Of a stretch of DNA of 64,000 bases, positions 1 to 13,154 are shown one piece after another (positions within the stretch are counted from its first letter, which is position 1; the number at the start of each line of letters is the position of its first letter). Location of the stretch: assembly GCA_028023455.1 (NCBI GenBank), contig JAQFVV010000008.1:14818001-14882000 (forward strand). Reading direction: 5' to 3'. Source of the stretch: Epiperipatus broadwayi. Lineage: Eukaryota; Animalia; Onychophora. Below the pieces are notes generated by a model. That model saw only the letters and a list, made by a program, of their open reading frames with translations, ran no database searches and was not told the origin of the DNA. A program made the position numbers and the translations under genes.

Positions 1-55
1 CCAACCCCAGACCAGTTTCTGCTACTGACTTTCTCAGTGAAGTGCTAGGATATTC
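1..55 (-). ncRNA. Type I hammerhead-like motif, family C (core G8>A)
   Basis: Minus strand reads CTGAGAA-A-GT-CAGTA-GC-A-GAAAC-TG-GTC-TGGGG. Confidence 0.55.
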
Positions 56-285
56 AAGAATTAGATTAAAAATACCAGGACAAGCCCAGCACTTTATCTA
101 ATATGTCTTCCAATCCAGCCATCTAACTTAAATAGCCATATGGGACTGAACAATGTTCAGATACACTATATATTAATAGCTGGATTGGAAGACATATGAA
201 TGTCTGAAAATTTCAGATTTTCTATGTAATAGTTATCCATTAGACAAATTTCTGGGTTTGTCTTGGTATTTTTAATCTAATGCTT

Positions 286-348
286 GAATATCTTAGCACT
301 TCACTGAGGAAGCCAGTAGCAGCAACTGGTCTGGGATTGGAGATATTC
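286..348 (+). ncRNA. Type I hammerhead-like motif, family C (core A13>C)
   Basis: CTGAGGA(304-310)-A-GC-CAGTA-GC-A-GCAAC-TG-GTC; distal stem I GAATATCT/AGATATTC; the two arms together give an intact consensus core. Confidence 0.65.
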
Positions 349-3300
349 TGAAAAGCTTGATAAGAGCTTATTTGCGAGCTCTATATATAACATTTGTATT
401 ATAAGCTTATTAAATTAGGTCATGTGACATATGTCTTGATTTCGTTGTAATTTAAACTAATTTATGTATTATTGAATTATTTTCCACAGTTATATATTAT
501 ATATTTACACAGACAATAAAATGTAATTTACAATGACTTCATATTTTAGTTTAAATTATGTACACCCGTTATTATTAATACTGTACATAATATAGAACAT
601 TTTCTGTTGCTATATAAAAATATAAAAATGCACACAAAAATCAACTTATAATGTTTATCAAGTGTTATGGAAATATGATCATGGGTTTGCCTTGCGATGT
701 ATTAGTAATGCAACTGCCTGCTATTTCTACAATACAAGTTTGAATCCAGACTGGGTAAAACTTGTAAATTTTTTCCAGTTTTGAATGTTTTTTTCATGCA
801 TCTAGGTCATAGCCAATCCAGATAAGCATTCAATATAAATAGGTATCTAACTACTTTTAATTAAAGTTTAAATGAAGATTAAAAACAAATAAATTATCAT
901 CATCTAGCAATTGTCAAACCTTCTAAGTAAAGCCTTTTTTTTATTTTATGGGAATCTGTATTGAACTGTTTTAAAAATTGTTTAACTTTTTTACAAAAGT
1001 ATTTAAAATTTTTTACAATCAGATATGTATAATTTTCTGGTTCTTATTATTTCAATATAACCACTGAGTATATATAAACTGAACTAAAAAAAAATCTACT
1101 TTGGGAAGTGGGAGTGGGGAGATAATTTTATGAATAAAAAATCAAGATTGTTAGTAAAAATATATATATATATGCTAAAAACATAGGGGAAAATATTTCA
1201 AAATCTAACAGTAAAATAATTAAAGATTGACAAAATAATTTATTATTCAATGGGAACGGACTTATAAACACAAAAAATAAACCATATATATATATTTTCC
1301 ATTTACTGATTATATCTTTTGTTTTATATAATTATCTACAGTGAATCATTTTTTCTTTTATAATTCTTCATAAGGAGAGCCTATCTTTTTATTGCAATTT
1401 TTTCCTACTATCTTGCTTTTTTCTATTTTATTTCTCTTTTTAATATCTTATTACTAATATCTATAGAAGTGTATATGTTGGTGTTAGCTATAGTAGATCC
1501 TAACATATCAACAGCAGAACATTATTTCATACTTTAGGGGGGGGGGATTAAGACTGGAATTAATTTTATGATTAAACAGATTATCAATCAAATGATCGCA
1601 TTGAATCCGGGAATATTTTTCATTTGATGGCGTCTAATAATAATGATGATAATAATAAAATACGTTATATGTTTGCCATATGAATAAACAAAATAACTAA
1701 TGACCGATTAAATGACAATTGGAACATTATAACAATTTCACAAATTACAAAATTTTTCATTTTGAATCCATTGTCTAGTATTGTAAATCATCAGTAATAT
1801 TTATAAACATTTCAAAAATATTCATGTGTACGTCTGTGAAATATTTGGTTTCTGTAGCAATTCCCTACTATAAGAATAGATATATGAATAAACGGCAAGG
1901 AGGTAGGTGAAACGTTGAAAACATGTACATAATGTATTGAAGTATATATGGGTTTATGTAAATAAATAAAGCTTTTTTTTTAAAAAAAAAGGAATAAAAT
2001 AATTTCTATTGCATTTTTTATATATGAAAGAACATTTGGAACCATATTTTTAAATAGAAAAGCAGTTTATTGTTATTAATTTTTTTTATTAATAATGACG
2101 GTGATGGTTTTAAAGAAAAATAAATAAACTAAGTATGGAGGATAGGTGAGTGAATGGTAGGCGAATTATATTGGTCAGATAAATGAACGAAAAATGTATA
2201 GAAAGGTACATACAATGATTCTTGATAAATTTTATTGTTTTTGTATTTGATCGACGTTTCAAAACAATACGCATTATGCAAAACTTTAATTAATTACTGC
2301 ATTCAGAAAACATTTAATTAGATTTTTTTATTTAGAAAAGTCTTATTCCAAAAGGATATTTGTTGTATTAGCATATATTTTATAAGTGTTTTCCTATTAG
2401 AGTATATATATATTTAGGATTTCTATTTAACAGTTTTAATTAGAGTTAACTTTAGAAGTTTTAATTAAATACCTAAATTTTATTAAACAGCAAGAATATT
2501 TACAATTTTCTGTTGCTATAGTTACATTGATAAACTATAGTAAGTTTATTTACTTCTTCAGCTCGTTGTAGTGTTTATGTTTGTCTTAAAAAATTGTAAT
2601 TTAATAAACACATATTTAATGGGGAGAAAAGATGAGATGGCTAATAGTATTTTGCTGAAATAAACCTTTTATTTAATGTCGAGGTTCATGAGTTAAGATT
2701 CCGCCTTCTTAATACTGATAATGCGAAAAAACTTTAAAAAGATATATGATCTTTTTTTTTTTTTTTAAGAAGTGCGATTAGATAGTTGCCTTATTCGATT
2801 TGACCATTAAAGTAATAATTAATTTATTAACAAATTATTTTTAATAGACTCTAACAGTTGAAAATTTAATTTATGATTTATAATTAAAAAGGCATATGCT
2901 ATTATTTAAGCAACACAGTTCGATCAATTCTATTACAGTATTATTTTTCAGTATAAAATAAAAAAAGTTTAAATAATGGGTATCAAGACACTGAGCAGTT
3001 TAGACCAGTGAGGAATTCGAGATAAATAGATTCTCATCCAAATATATATATCGGTTTAATCAAATAAATGTTGCGCTCAGCTTAAAACGTTGGTGCTCAA
3101 ACATTATTTGATTTTCCTAGCAAATAATGCGATAAACAAAATAAATTTAAGTTTGATTTGAAAGAGAATGCGTAAATATATAAAATGAACGAGAAGGATT
3201 ATTTACATTTGTGGTACAGTGAATAGTGACCCGGCCTCGTATCTCAAACTTAATTTTCAAATCTAGTTTCAGTGAATCTTTTGAAAAAATATGTCTCGAA

Positions 3301-5351
3301 CAGATTTAAGATTTATTATTATTATTATTATTTTTCATTAGTACAATTTGATTTGCAAGTGTCAAATTCTGCAATTTGTTCTCTCAGCAACTTGGCCTGG
3401 CTGTGCGATATTAGCTGGCAAATTAGTATCTAGTTATTATTAGTTAGAACACACAGATCCTGGATTCATCTAAATTAATCAGAAAAGCATCAATTCATTT
3501 GTTGTAATACTAGTGGGTAATGCTTTCATAATCATCGAAGCGCGTATTAAAGATTGGGTCATTGGTTATTGTTTTGTTTTATTTTTTTTTTACAATGAAG
3601 ACCAGCAAAACAGTATTATACTGGAAGCAGATTATTAATTATAAACCCTGAGAATACTTTTGACAACACTCAATAATCTTTAAAATTAATGTTATAATTA
3701 GATTATATTGAATACATTATTTCGCGTCAATTTTTAATTTGATATATTTCATTTGTATTTCGCTAATAACTGTTTATTATTGTAATCATTTTGTATTATC
3801 CACTTAATATAGTTCAATGCCCTTAAACTTGATTTTTTTTTTTTACTTTATTATTATTATTTTTAAATTGTACATAACTGCTTTGCAACCTGTTTACTAA
3901 TAAACCTTTTTGATACGAAATATATTTATATGTTAATAATAGTTTCAGGTGAAATATTTACTAATGATACAGGAGACAATTAATAAACTTGTTTTGATAC
4001 ATATATACAACAACGGAAGAAATGGTGAGGCATTTGCACTGAGGAGAGGCAGAGAATAAATAAGAGGAATGCACTCTTTGCTCCTCCTTTATTTAAAATG
4101 GCTATTTATCAGAACTTGTTGGATTAATTAATCAAATTATTTTCTATCCATGAATGAAATTAAGTTCACATTTATGATTTAAAAATCAGTAGTGAGATTA
4201 TACCCAAAACTTATTTTTAAATAATTATTAATAAACAAAATATAACAATGATCATAGAACAGTGGATAGTTAAAACAATGCTATTGTGTGGTTAAATCCA
4301 GAATAGCCGTTGAATTTTCACTTCTACAGTGATTTAATTAAATAAAATATAACTTTAGGTTAATAGTAACCAAACCATGTACAAAATGTTATTTATTTAA
4401 TCGTTAGTGTAACAATTATTTGAAAGTGTTAATAACAATTATTTGAAAATTAAATTAAAAAGATCCTAAACTTTAATTATTTTTAATTCAATCAAGTTTG
4501 CTTTTGTTAAGCAATAATTTTAATTTAAAAATTAAAAACACTTTTATTTTAATATAATGATAAGAATATGCAATCTGTGTTATATAAATATTGTATAAAC
4601 TTATGGAGAAACAAATGATTACTTTTTTTTTCTTCTATTACTTAATGCAATATATGAAGATTTGGAAAAATCATCATAAAGGATTTATTTTCTTCCCTTT
4701 TTTTTTTTTTCAAAGGAACTATATTTTTATTTCTTCTTTCTTATTTTCTTTTTTGAGATTAGAAATGGTTTACTATCTTCTCCCTCTCATATAATTTTGT
4801 TTTCATAACCCATCTGATATCAATTTTCTTAATCAGCTACTTTCTTTATATAGCATATGCGCTCTATTTTTTGTTTTTATTTATTTGATTCTTATACTTG
4901 ATATTTTTTATCTACTTCTCTTTTTAATGACTCTCAAGTTTTTATAACGATATTCTTAATATTTTCTTCTCTCTTTTTTTAAATTTTTTTTATTTATATT
5001 ATGTACACGTTTTGGTGGATACAATGAACTTCTCATTATTATGAATGTCATTTTGAAAATGTTTGTTGCATTTATATTTAGAAATGCTACACTTAGTTTT
5101 TTTTTTAAATTTTGACATTTCATTAACTATATTTACTTTACATGATTATACATCGCTTATATAATAATCATTTTATACATGTAATTTTAAATTTTATTAT
5201 ATTGTAGATATTTAAAATGCAGGCAGTCTTCATATGTATGGAGCCTAATTGTAAATATAGGGGATTTGAACTCAGACTTTCAAGTACCTGTCAACTATCC
5301 ACACTATCTCATACCACTGGTACACAAGACCACACACATGTAGAAAAGATA

Positions 5352-5412
5352 AATAATCACCAATATCTGTATTTCATGCTAAACGAGCATTCAACAGTTA
5401 GTCCACATTATC
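5352..5412 (-). ncRNA. Hammerhead motif, family A (core CTGTTGA, degenerate)
   Basis: Minus strand CTGTTGA-ATGCT-CGTTT-AGCAT-GAAA-TACAG-ATA-TTGGT. Confidence 0.6.
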
Positions 5413-5950
5413 ATCTCCCACACACATATATAATCAGTGTTCAGTTTATATTAAGATAGCAAATCTTCATACTTTAGTGGACAGGCTTCAATCTACTCCA
5501 ACTTCCATCTTTTCAGCCATCCATACCATTGAAAATCTAATGATGAAAAGCCCCAATCCCATGCCGATGCCAATATTATTGCCATGCCCATGTTGATTTT
5601 AAGTCACTCTGACCTTATCCATTTAAATACATAGAATTGGATGGGCAGGTTGCAGGCTAAATGTGTAAATATTTGAAATTCAGGCATTCTTCATATACCT
5701 GGAGCCCATCCCTCTTCTATGTATTTAAATGGATAAGGTTCTATACATGAGGGGTCAGAGTGACTTGAGATCAACATGGGCATGGCAATAATATTGGCAT
5801 CAGCATGGGTTTGTGCTTTTTATCATCAGATTTTCAATGGTATGGATGCCTGAAGAATTGAAGGTTGGAGTAGATTAAAGCCTGTCCATTAAAGTATGAA
5901 TATTTCTATCTTAATATAAGCTGAACACTAATTATATATATATGGGAGAT

Positions 5951-6011
5951 GATAATCTGGACCAACTGATGAGTGCTGGTTTAGCATGAAATACATATAT
6001 TGGTGATTATT
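5951..6011 (+). ncRNA. Type I hammerhead ribozyme, family A, intact core
   Basis: ACCAA-CTGATGA(5966-5972)-GTGCT-GGTTT-AGCAT-GAAA-TACAT-ATA-TTGGT; stem I ACCAA/TTGGT, then a bulge, then GATAATC/GATTATT; predicted cleavage after A5999. Confidence 0.85.
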
Positions 6012-6599
6012 TATCTTTTCTACATGTGTGTGATCTTGTGTATCAGTGATGTGAGATAGTGTGGATAGTTGATGGGTACTTGAAAGTCTGAGTTCAAATC
6101 CCCTATATTTATATACTGTAGGTAATTGTGTAGAAAATTTTGATTACTCAACTGAATATTACAACCGTATAAACTCACATAATATATTATTTTCTCATAG
6201 ACAATATGAATTAACTAATCCAAATGTATAAATAGAAAAAAAATCAAATAGTCTCAGAACAAATTGTCAAATTTTTTAAGTGGCTGATTTGACTATTGAA
6301 CACAAGTCTACCAACATAGACATTGTATATTCTTTAAATATAAAATAATAGAATTTTACAACATTAGTAAATATATAACACTTAGAGTGGTAAAGGTCTA
6401 AGCACTGGTTATATTAATGCAAAGCCCTTTGTATCAAAATAAAACATATTAGAGATAAAAAATGAATCCATTTTCATCTTCTATTGAAGATCTTATATAG
6501 ATCGCAAATTAAAACAAGAACAGTGAATATCAAATCATCTGAGATGTTTTTGCAAGTTTTAAATGTAAGATGAATCAAATAAATACTGTTATTATTATT

Positions 6600-9400
6600 C
6601 TAATCATCTATTTATATAGGATCTTGAACAACATTCAGAAACATGATAGTTTGACAATAGAGGGAGTTACATTAATATAGATAATGCCAAGGTTGTACAT
6701 ACATGAACTATTTTAAATGACCATTTTAAACATTCTATTTCTCCTGAATAATGTCTTTAAGATTTCAAAGTCTCAAATAAACTTGTTGCTATTAAAAATT
6801 CAGTGTCATTTACTAGTATCCTATTTGTTCTTTTTTTTTCAACTATGATTAAAACAAATGTTGATAAAAAATTTAAGATTGTTTTATTCATTAAATAAAG
6901 ATGAAGTACTCTGGCACTCTTTAAGAGTTTACACACCATTTGAATTACTTAGATCAATTTATAATACACAACATTTGTTGAATAAAATATTCCATTAATT
7001 ATTTTATGCACAGTTTTAATTCAATTTTTAAGTTGTAGAATGGACATTGTTTTAATCTTAAATGGCAGCTAATAGTTGGTGCTGATGATCACATAAATGG
7101 CATTCCTTCAGGGAAAAAACCCATCATCAATTGAATTTTTGTAAAATGAAATCATATGATATTTTGCTAGTTATCCTTTTTTTCTTTTTCTGAGAAGATC
7201 AACTAACTCCTAACATTCCCAAAATAAGACAATTTTAATCTGGTCCTTCATATTTCAAATAAAAGGTTGAGTTTAAACTTGTTGAGTATCCATATTACAA
7301 TTCAAAGAAGTAAGTATATTTTCTATTCTGAATCTTATTAATCCAAGTTTCATGTCCATAGTATATCATAGAAAATATTATAGTTTGATAAATTCTGATC
7401 ATCATTTTTAAAGATCTATATCTATCTCTAAATTCGTTTCAGTGCTTTTTGATAAAACTTCACAATATCAGTTGGCAACTAATCTCTTCATTGATGGATG
7501 CTTTGTTGATAATGATTAAAGATCAAAAAAGATAAATATTGCAGATTACTTTTATGTTGTCATTATTAATTTTAAATCCATCTGCCATCTCAATCATTGT
7601 AATATCAATATTTTTCATATTTAGCAATGATTCTTATCTTTCCACCCAACTTTTTAACTTTTATAATGTCATCTTCAGCATATTGACAATTGTTTTGATG
7701 TCTCTTTATTGATAATAAACATTTTTAATCTGTTCTATGTCATTATATATTCAATATAAAAGTTATGTAGTTCTTTACCAACACAAAACAAATTTGTTTT
7801 ATCATAATCTGTAGCTTTTTAGTCTAGAGATTCCCCACATTAATAATGAAATGATGTGGAACATTTATTCTCAATGGAATATTTCATAATTTATCATAAT
7901 AATAATACTTGGTTGCTCTGGAGGTCTGTGAATGTCAAGCACATGTGACAGATTGGATGCAACAGCTTCATTCATTGATTAAATTGATTTTTTTCTTACT
8001 TCAATCAGCTGAAAAATCACTCCAGGTACTTTTGATTCTTGAGTCCACCATCTTGGCATTGCTGTGGATATTTAGCATTCATTTGTCTTATAGTTTCCAG
8101 CAAATGAATCAAAAATGTCTTTTATTCATCAAATTTCCTGAAAGTTCTCCTACACATACAGTATAAGGTTAAAATAGAATCAAAGTATTTATACCATAAT
8201 CTTACTTGTAATATAATACTGTGAACACACTATAGACTGCTGTTTTCAGTATATAACTATGAAGTGATTTTTTTTTCAATCTGACAATTATTGATCGGAA
8301 TCTTGTTTTTTTTTTTTCCTTTTACCATAAAATATTTAACATAGTGTCAAAAATTTCTATGGACTTACATTTTTGCAATGATTTTAAAGCTAGTCTGATC
8401 TTATATTACCTATAGAAGATTTCTTTGTTGAGATGATCTCATTTGTTGATTTGTAATATTGCACTTTCCTCTTGATCTTTATTACTTTAGTTACAATGGC
8501 ATTTTTAGCAAAATCATTCAAGATTGAAATTTATTTTTAATCCTCCAAGTTTTTGCAAAAATTGTTTTTTAAAGCTTGTTTTTGTTTCGGTGTCTTTGTA
8601 CTGTTATAAAATCACTTGGCAACTTTCTAAAATGCTGTTTAGAATTTCAGATATTTTTTATGTTTGAATTTATTTTTGCATCTATTACTGTGTCATTTGA
8701 CATCTGTTTGGTTTTGTTTTTTTTGTTGTTTTTTTTAGTTTTTTTTTTCATTTCTGTTCATTGTTTATACAGTTTTCTATTAAATACATTCAAAATTCAA
8801 TAAATCTATATTATTATTTCCAGGAACAATAGATATGTTTCTCTTGGTTATATTTAAAGTTGTTTATAAATTTTGGTTTCTTTTTAGATTCTGTATAAAC
8901 TTATATAAAAATAATTTGTAATCTCTTTCATATCTGCTCAAGCTTCATTTTTGCTAATAAAACTTGACTTTTTTATTGTGTGGTACCAATTATGTAATCT
9001 ATTTCTGTCAGTTGTATCTAATGATATGTTTAGCAATGTGTGGTGTTTTGGATTCTTGAAAATATATTACCACAAAAAGGACACTGAATTAAAAAAAATT
9101 ATTAACAATTTTCCTGTTTTACTTTTGCTTCCAAATCCATATAGTCCAATAACAATTATTTCCTTAACAATTTCAACTTTGGCAATCTAAAGCAATCAAA
9201 AGATGTATATCTTGTCTAATAATATTTTTCAATTTCTTCTAGACATATTGGTATATACAATTATATTTAATGGTGGTGCCTAAAATATTCCCTCTAATAG
9301 TAATAAAAAATATAATTTCAGTTTAGTTATTTATGGTGTGATTAATAGATAACATGATTTTTTGGTTTAAAATTCCCTAGTCTAATCCATTTTATTTAAT
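6600..9400. mobile_element. Highly decayed retroelement debris (LINE-like)
   Basis: Only short motif-like fragments (P..GGL-like on minus near 8040; LKW..G-like on plus near 7060); boundaries and clade uncertain. Confidence 0.25.
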
Positions 9401-9955
9401 TCTTAAGATGTTGTATATAAGTAAGCCATTTTTAAATTTACAATATCCAGATTTCTTAGGTTCATGCAATATATATTATGAATTTTCATAATATTTTGTT
9501 TATATCTTCAGCTTTTTTTGTTATTGTTATTGTTTTTTATAACAATGAAACTTTTTAACCTATCTTTTTGGACTACATTTTGTTTTATTTGTTGCCTGTT
9601 CTTGAAGAAGTAGAAATATTTTGTTAGTTCTTTCTTTTACAGGATTGGAAGTTATGCTTTATTGTTAATATGATTGTGATTAATGTCATAGATATTAACT
9701 TTTATTAATGCTTAATATAAAAATTATTAAAACATTGAAAAGAAGAAAACAATCAAGTAAATAAATAATGATAGAAATAAGAACATAATGAAGATCTCTT
9801 TTTATAAAGAATTTTTGAAATGGAAAAATAAAAATCAATATAGATTTTAATGTGAAATTGAAGTATAATCAATCATAAAAAATTATATCTACCAATGATA
9901 TCTAGGCTTTATCAAACACACAATAACTGCCACATGATAGCCATTTCATATGCTT

Positions 9956-10082
9956 ACACAAGTTGGAAATTAGTATGGGGATATTGGATGAGTAGGCACT
10001 AGATAGGGATTTATGCACAAACCTTCCTGCATTCATTGATTATAAAGGCTTGCACTTGGTGGCATTACTGTATGGAGAGTTT
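9956..10082 (+). mobile_element. Family B fragment (decayed 3' half of hammerhead plus downstream sequence)
   Basis: GAAATTAGTATGGGGATATTGGATGAGTAGGCACTAGATAGGGATTTATGCAC matches 20665 onward. Confidence 0.8.
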
Positions 10083-10189
10083 GGTAGACTACAATTTATG
10101 GATAGAGAATAGCTAAAATAGTATTTAATTGGCTATGAGTAAGGGCAAGCAGTAAGATGGATGAGAAAGATAGTACAGTGTGCATAAGA

Positions 10190-10740
10190 TTTGGATAAAG
10201 AATTTATGTCAGTATGCTTATACAAAAGGTGGGATAATTGTGATAGGAGAATTGTTGAGTGTTATAATGGCAAGGCATGGGATAGAAGTATAGATGTATT
10301 AATAAAAAATAGAGAGTTAGAGAGATGGGGAACTAGTGTGGAGAGTAAAAGGAATTTAAATATAAATAGAAGTAAACAGAACAATAGCAAGGAAAATAAT
10401 TTACTGTTTAAGACTTGAACAGGATCTTTTGCAGCAAGAGAATATATACATAAATGGAAAAATATGGGTGATTTAATCTTGAAGTTATGTAAGGAAAGCA
10501 TAGAAAATATTAGGCATCTGTTAATTGAATGTAAATGCCTGCAAGCAGAAATGGTACAAATAATGAAGTTGTGGGAGAATAAATATAAACATAGTGATTA
10601 TACAGAAAATGGGTTCTTGGTTTTTATGCTGGGTTTGGAAAAAGAGGGATTTAGATATAAAGGTCATGGATTATGTTGTGGAAATGAGATGGAGCAGGAT
10701 AGAGACAAATATGAAAAAACTTAGGATGGGAAATGGAAAG
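10190..10740 (+). pseudogene. 3' remnant of a LINE ORF2 (zf-RVT/CCHC-like region)
   Basis: LKLCKESIENIRHLLIEC resembles the C..C....E...HL...C motif of L1-type ORF2 C-termini. Confidence 0.5.
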
Positions 10741-11244
10741 GGAAGATAAAATGGCTAACAGGTTTCTCCGGTCATAATGGCCAAGAGATTCTTAACTCTG
10801 AAAAACGAGAAGCCACAAAGCATCGCATTGCATACTCACATAATGAGTGATTGTAAATCATTGAGAAAAACATTCAAAATAATAGTTTAAAGTTAAATTT
10901 GAAAGTTAACATTTATGATATCCAAAGGAGATGAATTCATTTATGTAATGGTTTTTATGGTCTAATTGCTTTATTGAAAATTCAACATTTTCTTAAAAAA
11001 ATAAATTATCATGAATAATCATTTTGATCTCTTGTAAAAACTTCTACAATAATTTCACAACCTATAAAAATACATTCAATTAATCATTAAAATGCCAAAG
11101 ATTAAGATAGGCTTGTTTTCATTTTTATTTAAGTAACTCAATTTAAATTGATTGTACCTATGTAGAATTGTGTAAATATTTATCAAAGTGACACTTAAAT
11201 GTTTTGTCATTTTTAGATTACAAATGGAGATAAATACATTATAA

Positions 11245-11532
11245 ACAGAATAGCTCAGTTGGTAGAGTGTTTGCCTTAAAATTCGATATTCAAGAATCTA
11301 AAGGTGCAAGTTCAACTTCTAAGTGAATATTGTCACTGTGCATATAGGCCAGCAACACCTGAAGAAGAGTGGAAAATAATACTACTCAAAACGTTGTGTA
11401 ATTACTAACCTGTATTGTCTATTTGTGTGTTATTACTAACAAGTTGTTTGTATTTGGAAAGTTTAAATAAAGTTTAAAATTTTCTGTACATTCAACATTC
11501 ACTCATAAATGATGGAAATAGTCCAACATATC
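11245..11532 (+). mobile_element. Family E repeat: tRNA-like head plus minimal hammerhead (SINE-like)
   Basis: A-box TAGCTCAGTTGG (11251-11262), tRNA-Phe-like ATCTAAAGG..GTTCAA; second diverged copy at 53864-54134. Confidence 0.65.
11355..11399 (+). ncRNA. Minimal type I hammerhead-like motif, family E (G12>A)
   Basis: ACAC-CTGAAGA-A-GAGTGG-AAAATAATA-CTACTC-AAAAC-GTT-GTGT; 6-bp stem II, 4-bp stem I, palindromic ACGT in stem III. Confidence 0.6.
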
Positions 11533-13154
11533 ACATCTTATAATATATCATCATTACAAACCTTCAGACAAACTCCAATTATGTTTGAAGAAACAAATGA
11601 AAATTAGTAGTTTAATTATATTTCCTATAGTCACAAATTTTATAAAATCCTCTAAACTCATGCTGTTAATCAGATTTATATTATTTTATGGTATTTGTTT
11701 ATAGACTTAGATTATTTTATTTTATATTTATTTATTTTTAGTGTTATAAATTTTCATAATTCAATTTTGAAAGTACTTATTTATATTCTTAAAAATAATT
11801 ATTAGATTTAAACTAATTTAACATTTAAAATTTTATATTGTTGTTTTTAATGTTTTTATTTATTGGCTTAAGACTTTTTTTACTTCTGTAAATAATTTTT
11901 TTTCTAAAAACCACATTCATATTTTTTTTTCTGTCGGCAAGGTTGTTTTTTTTTTTGAGAATGACTTTGTGGTATTAATAATCACTGTTTATCAAAGTGG
12001 ATCAAAAATTGCTGTTTGAAAATTGTAAAATGAGACCAGATTTTAAGAAAAAAAATCACGGTAGTGCAAAAAGGAACTATTAATAAACTAAAAAAAATTA
12101 TTAGAATTTAAAAAAATGTTAATACGCTCAATATGATCATAGTAAAAAATATTCAAGAAAATTTACATAAAACTGTTTGCGCAAGTAAATGGGATAAAGG
12201 AGTTGTACAAAGATCTAGATTGGCAATGAGATGATCAATAAAATGATGTGAAAAAAAAATCAAATACTGAAAAAATATGTGATAAAGGTTTTTAGTGAAT
12301 TAAAACATAAAATAGATAAAGCTAAGCCTGTATAAGCAGTTAAATAGAAAATAAATAATAAAAGAATTATGAAATAGTTTTGATCTTATATGGTTTAAAT
12401 GGAAAGATGGGGGTGGGGGTGTAAAAATTAAGCAGTAATTAAAGCAATTGATATATTAGATAAAAAAATCAGATTTTCCATAGTGTAATACCAACATATA
12501 TGCCTGTCATGCTTATGATGGTTTGATTCTAAGTCCAGTAAATTTAAGCTTTTTTGGACAAGTATAATTTTTTTCAGATAGCTAGCTCTTGGCCAAATCA
12601 ACTAATTATCTGATAATTATTGATAAGTGGGCAACTGGGAATTCTCATCTAAAGAGTTAAAAAAAAAACATAGAAAAATGTTTAAATTTTTATTACCCTA
12701 TAACTGTTAAGCCTGAAAAAGAGTGCCTTTTCTTATAGTATTTTTCTATGAGGCTTGTTGTAAAAGCATCTAAGAATGTCTTATCTTTTACTTTTATAAT
12801 AAGGAGATACTGTTTTATCTATATTAAATAACACAGAAAATGAGATAAATATGAATGAATTAGGGTATACAATAGTAGAGAAAGAAGTTGTAAAAGTTAT
12901 GATTATGATGAAAAATAGAAAAACAGGAAATAATATTTAAGTTTCAATTGAATTGCTGAAGATCATAGGAATTTTGTAATTAATAATGATTAAAATATAT
13001 TGCAATATATTTTCTTTCAAAAAATATGATTCTATCTAAAAAAGACTTAATGCAATGAAATTTAAAAATTTTGGAATAAAGTTTCCAAATACATTTCTAA
13101 TAAGCTACATTTTTGTTGCTTTACTTTTTTTAATATATTTATAAAAGAAGTATT

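Larger units (their letters stand above)
1..350. mobile_element. Family C hammerhead-bearing repeat, head-to-head fold-back (left end probably cut by the window edge)
   Basis: 1-120 is the diverged reverse complement of ~179-348 (e.g. ATATGTCTTCCAATCCAGC / GCTGGATTGGAAGACATAT); each arm contains a hammerhead-like motif. Confidence 0.7.
5204..6112. mobile_element. Family A hammerhead retrozyme/pLTR-like repeat, head-to-head fold-back
   Basis: Minus arm ~5204-5706, plus arm ~5704-6112; 5204-5246 recurs at 5665-5706 (period ~461), so tail runs into head; possible decayed TSD TATATTGTAGATA (5198-5210) / TATACTGTAGGTA (6112-6124). Confidence 0.8.

Noticed and set aside
686-756. tRNA-like or SINE head
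   Set aside because: Only a B-box-like GTTTGAATCC is clear; no convincing cloverleaf, TSD or second copy.
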